Below, piece by piece: positions 16,736 to 16,873 of a stretch of DNA of 16,873 bases (the stretch's first letter is position 1; the number at the start of each line of letters is the position of its first letter). Below the pieces are notes generated by a model. The model made no database searches and was not told the origin of the DNA. It worked only from the letters and a program-made list of their open reading frames with translations. A program made the position numbers and the translations under genes. The stretch is taken from positions 1-16,873 of the forward strand of contig JBDRQI010000008.1 in assembly GCA_043826355.1 (NCBI GenBank), given 5' to 3'. The stretch is from Candidatus Omnitrophota bacterium (GTDB lineage: Bacteria > Ratteibacteria > UBA8468 > MWAK01).

Positions 16736-16873
16736 CACTGCTGTCCGGTTATGGATCGAATAATAGCAATTGATTCGAAGTATCAGTGTTTACAGATATT
16801 TGGGAATCTTGTTGCGAAAGCAAGTACTGGAGCGGTTCTTTCTCGAATTGACTGAGGCTTAAAATCTGTAGAA
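16736..16873 (-). mobile_element. Right end of an IS4-family insertion sequence (partial)
   Basis: A transposase-like C-terminus runs directly into TAACCGGACAGCAGTG (revcomp of 16736-16751), which resembles the terminal repeats I recall for IS4-family elements. The left end is outside the window. Confidence 0.75.
16749..16871 (-). CDS. C-terminal fragment of an IS4-family transposase (not in ORF track)
   Basis: Manual translation: LQILSLSQFEKEPLQYLLSQQDSQISVNTDTSNQLLLFDP*. The LQILS...FEK.P...NQL.LF pattern resembles C-termini of DUF4372-type IS4 transposases. Confidence 0.72.
   Translation of the reverse strand, partial: LQILSLSQFEKEPLQYLLSQQDSQISVNTDTSNQLLLFDP

Overview
Bacterial chromosomal window in which all credible genes are on the minus strand. 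Read in the direction of transcription (right to left), it holds: the 3' end and right inverted repeat of an IS4-family element, ending 10 bp before a galactokinase-like gene; an NDP-sugar epimerase; a GuaB3-type IMP dehydrogenase; an orphan peptide-ABC lipoprotein; a TIGR03936-like protein; RNase G/E; iolB; a HAD hydrolase; a coupled HlyD adaptor / ABC exporter / DUF1854 trio; and a four-PDZ HtrA protease followed by a trypsin-fold protein that has lost its catalytic His and Ser. The most unusual signal is non-coding. Two diverged copies of a ~180-210 bp long-hairpin element (8425-8633, ~9521-9701) flank iolB and show compensatory base changes and conserved purine-rich internal loops. A shared hairpin module occurs both nested in one copy and free-standing at 7508-7555. 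A possibly related element sits at the left edge just downstream of a near-consensus promoter. Family assignments come from recognising motifs by eye; no database searches were run.
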